IMG/VR virus record: IMGVR_UViG_3300045988_073070
Strand: one strand, 5' to 3'
DNA length: 64,000 nt
From: a virus
The notes beneath the pieces were generated by a model. That model ran no database searches, had not been told where the DNA came from, and saw only the letters and a program-made list of their open reading frames with translations. Made by a program: the position numbers and the translations under genes. Positions 62,328 through 64,000 of this stretch are shown piece by piece. Position 1 is the stretch's first letter. Each line of letters starts with the position of its first letter.

Positions 62328-62783
62328 ATGAAGAAAAGAGAAGTAAACATTATCATCAAAGGATTCGGAAAACTACCTTTGTATGCTACGGAGAAATCGG
62401 CAGGAGCAGATTTGTATGCCGCCAACGCTCAAGCAATAATATTAGAGCCTGGTCAGAGAGCTTTAATACCAACGGGAGTGTTTATTGAATTGCCCGAAGA
62501 TTCCGAAGCACAAATCAGACCAAGAAGCGGTTTGGCGGTAAAGAAAGGCATAACAGTTCTCAACGCACCTGGCACAATTGATGCTGACTATCAAGGAGAG
62601 GTTGGAGTGCCTTTGATAAACTTGGGACAAGAAACGTTCGTTGTTCAAAGGGGTGAAAGGATTGCCCAAATGGTTTTGAACGGTGATGGCGGATTATTCC
62701 AAGGAGAATGGAAGGAAGTAAAAGACTTTGAACGTGATTCCGAAAGAGGTGCTGGCGGCTTCGGTCATACAGGAATGAAGTAA
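62328..62783 (+). CDS. dut: dUTP diphosphatase (trimeric dUTPase)
   Basis: All five motifs are present: 'AGADLYA', 'RPRSGLA', '[12 protein letters not shown]', 'GERIAQMV' and '[10 protein letters not shown]'. Confidence 0.95.
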   Translation: MKKREVNIIIKGFGKLPLYATEKSAGADLYAANAQAIILEPGQRALIPTGVFIELPEDSEAQIRPRSGLAVKKGITVLNAPGTIDADYQGEVGVPLINLGQETFVVQRGERIAQMVLNGDGGLFQGEWKEVKDFERDSERGAGGFGHTGMK

Positions 62784-63022
62784 TGGAACAGTTTAGACAA
62801 TTTACCAACGGCAAAGGCTTATTTATCGGGGTTGACTTCGGTAGAGGTAAAGACTTTGCCGTTGAAACTCAAATACAAAAGCAACCCGATGGTAGCTTGA
62901 AGATATTATCAAGTAATATCATTGGACGTTCGGCAGATATGAGCGAAGAAAGAAAACAACAAATTTGTAATAGATATGAAAGACTTTGCGAAAATGAAGC
63001 CATTGAGCAAAAATCAACTTGA
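62783..63022 (+). CDS. hypothetical small protein
   Basis: 79-aa ORF with TAATG overlap to dut. Confidence 0.5.
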   Translation: MEQFRQFTNGKGLFIGVDFGRGKDFAVETQIQKQPDGSLKILSSNIIGRSADMSEERKQQICNRYERLCENEAIEQKST

Positions 63023-63578
63023 CGACCTTACTGACGGATTGGTAAATGCTATGCGTTATTCCAACCCAGAATTTGAATATCCAGAGTATGACGGAGCGAA
63101 GCCAGACGATGGTGTTCCAGCAGAATGGTTTTATCCAATACATAATGGAACAAATTCGTTCTCCGAACTTACAGCGATACACATGTATGTTACGCAAGAA
63201 GCTACTTTTGAGGATATAGGAGAGTTGATGTTGGGAATTGGTATGACCGAAATGAAGCATTACGACAAACTTTCCGACTTCATAAAGAAATTGGGCGGCA
63301 AGATTGACCAACGCTTCAATAATTCGGGCGTTACCGTAGGAAAAGACGCAGTTGAGGCTTTGACTATTGCTATCGGAGCTGAAAAGGAAACAATTGCGTT
63401 CTATGAAAAGATTCAAACAAGGTTAAAGGAAGTAACGGAAACCAAAACAGTCAAGATAGCTTTTCAGCTTACTTCAAAACTTATAGCCGATGAGGAAGTT
63501 CATTTGGAGTTATTGAAAGAAAGATTAAGACTTTTGGCGGACGAAGAAACCTACAAAAGCGTAATTGATGAAGATTGA
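62976..63578 (+). CDS. ferritin-like / rubrerythrin-like di-metal four-helix-bundle protein
   Basis: Two E...ExxH halves: 'VTQEATFEDIGELMLGIGMTEMKHYD' and 'GAEKETIAFYEKI...ADEEVHLELL'. The start (62976 or 62994) is uncertain. Confidence 0.6.
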   Translation: MKDFAKMKPLSKNQLDDLTDGLVNAMRYSNPEFEYPEYDGAKPDDGVPAEWFYPIHNGTNSFSELTAIHMYVTQEATFEDIGELMLGIGMTEMKHYDKLSDFIKKLGGKIDQRFNNSGVTVGKDAVEALTIAIGAEKETIAFYEKIQTRLKEVTETKTVKIAFQLTSKLIADEEVHLELLKERLRLLADEETYKSVIDED

Positions 63579-63861
63579 AAATTTCATATTGAACATTCTC
63601 CGAAAGATAGAATCATTGAAAGATGGCACGATAGCATACGCCTATCTGGACGGAAATGCCCCGATGACTCATACATGGTATTTGGTGTGCCTTAATGACT
63701 ACGAAATGTATATGAACGATAAAAGGCTCAAGGCTCTGATGAACGCTTGGCACAAGGCAGGAAAAGCATTGGGAATTAAAGTCATTTTTGCATATTGCAA
63801 TCCGAGCGAGGAAAAGTTGAACGAGTTGGCTGAAAAAGACAACCTATTCTTGAACGTGTGA
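63565..63861 (+). CDS. hypothetical small protein
   Basis: 98-aa ORF that overlaps the upstream stop. Confidence 0.5.
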   Translation: MMKIENFILNILRKIESLKDGTIAYAYLDGNAPMTHTWYLVCLNDYEMYMNDKRLKALMNAWHKAGKALGIKVIFAYCNPSEEKLNELAEKDNLFLNV

Positions 63862-63881
63862 GCCGTACTGCTATTTTTGCG

Positions 63882-63920
63882 AAGGGAGTAACCTGTGAAG
63901 GCTATTCCCTTCTTTTTTTT
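63882..63920 (+). terminator. intrinsic terminator ahead of promoter D
   Basis: AAGGGAGTAACC / GGCTATTCCCTT imperfect stem (63882-63893 / 63900-63911), loop TGTGAA, T8 run. Confidence 0.7.
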
Positions 63921-63960
63921 GGTGCCCAAAGTTAAAAAGATAAAATAAATGACAAAAAGT

Positions 63961-63991
63961 TTTGTAGTTACAAAAATACTCCGTAACTTTG
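63961..63991 (+). promoter_or_regulatory. Bacteroidota-type sigma-A promoter D (transcribes out of the window)
   Basis: TTTG at 63961-63964, 19 nt, TAACTTTG at 63984-63991. Upstream AAAGTTAAA at 63928-63936. Confidence 0.7.
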
Positions 63992-64000
63992 TAACATAAA

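Noticed and set aside
1-64000. Classification as a crAss-like phage (Bacteroidota promoters, unidirectional large gene blocks, ~100-kb scale).
   Set aside because: The window shows gp25-like and baseplate-J-like genes and a C-family DnaE polymerase. It has no giant multi-domain RNAP-like proteins. I cannot assign a family from sequence alone, so no taxonomic claim is made beyond 'tailed phage of a probable Bacteroidota host'.

Overview
This window is a contiguous 64-kb piece of a tailed dsDNA phage genome. About 90 tightly packed genes all lie on the + strand, and many have ATGA or TAATG stop/start overlaps.

Gene order:
- 1-15027: distal virion genes, including an M23 peptidase tail protein, gp25-like and baseplate-J-like proteins, and a 1259-aa tail fibre with an SGNH esterase domain.
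- 15385-20545: replication initiation genes (SF2 helicase, DnaB-like helicase, DnaG-like primase).
- 20701-22740: an early unit with a sigma-like gene and a large acidic/basic protein.
- 22883-28565: a ThyA-family enzyme, a DnaE-type Pol III alpha replicase, an HD nucleotidase-like gene and a DUF1599-like gene.
- 28573-35183: a T4-style recombination block (gp32-like SSB, UvsX/RecA, SbcD, SbcC, RuvC-like).
- 36515-38005: a UvrD-like helicase.
- 38005-56773: a long accessory region. It holds an ECF sigma factor, T4 endonuclease V, a holin and transglycosylase pair, and many small ORFs.
- 56825-63861: HU, a DnaQ-like exonuclease, the terminase large subunit, dUTPase and a ferritin-like protein.

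The host is most likely a member of the Bacteroidota. Four intergenic cassettes carry exact TTTG-N19-TAnnTTTG promoters, and start codons lack Shine-Dalgarno sequences.

I found no tRNA, rRNA, CRISPR array, integrase, transposase or reverse transcriptase.

Observations worth follow-up:
1. A divergent ThyA homologue with HD and DUF1599-like neighbours, which may indicate modified pyrimidines in the DNA.
2. One clear and two probable phage sigma factors, alongside at least three recurrent non-coding motif families.
3. A 357-nt gene-free region with tandem G5-box repeats, echoed at 55304-55465.
4. A 40-aa module shared by the SSB tail and an unrelated acidic protein.
5. A DUF3846-like gene broken by a 1-nt frame change, next to a possible DUF2829/Tad2-like small protein.

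All functional calls come from reading motifs in the translated ORFs by eye. No database search was run.
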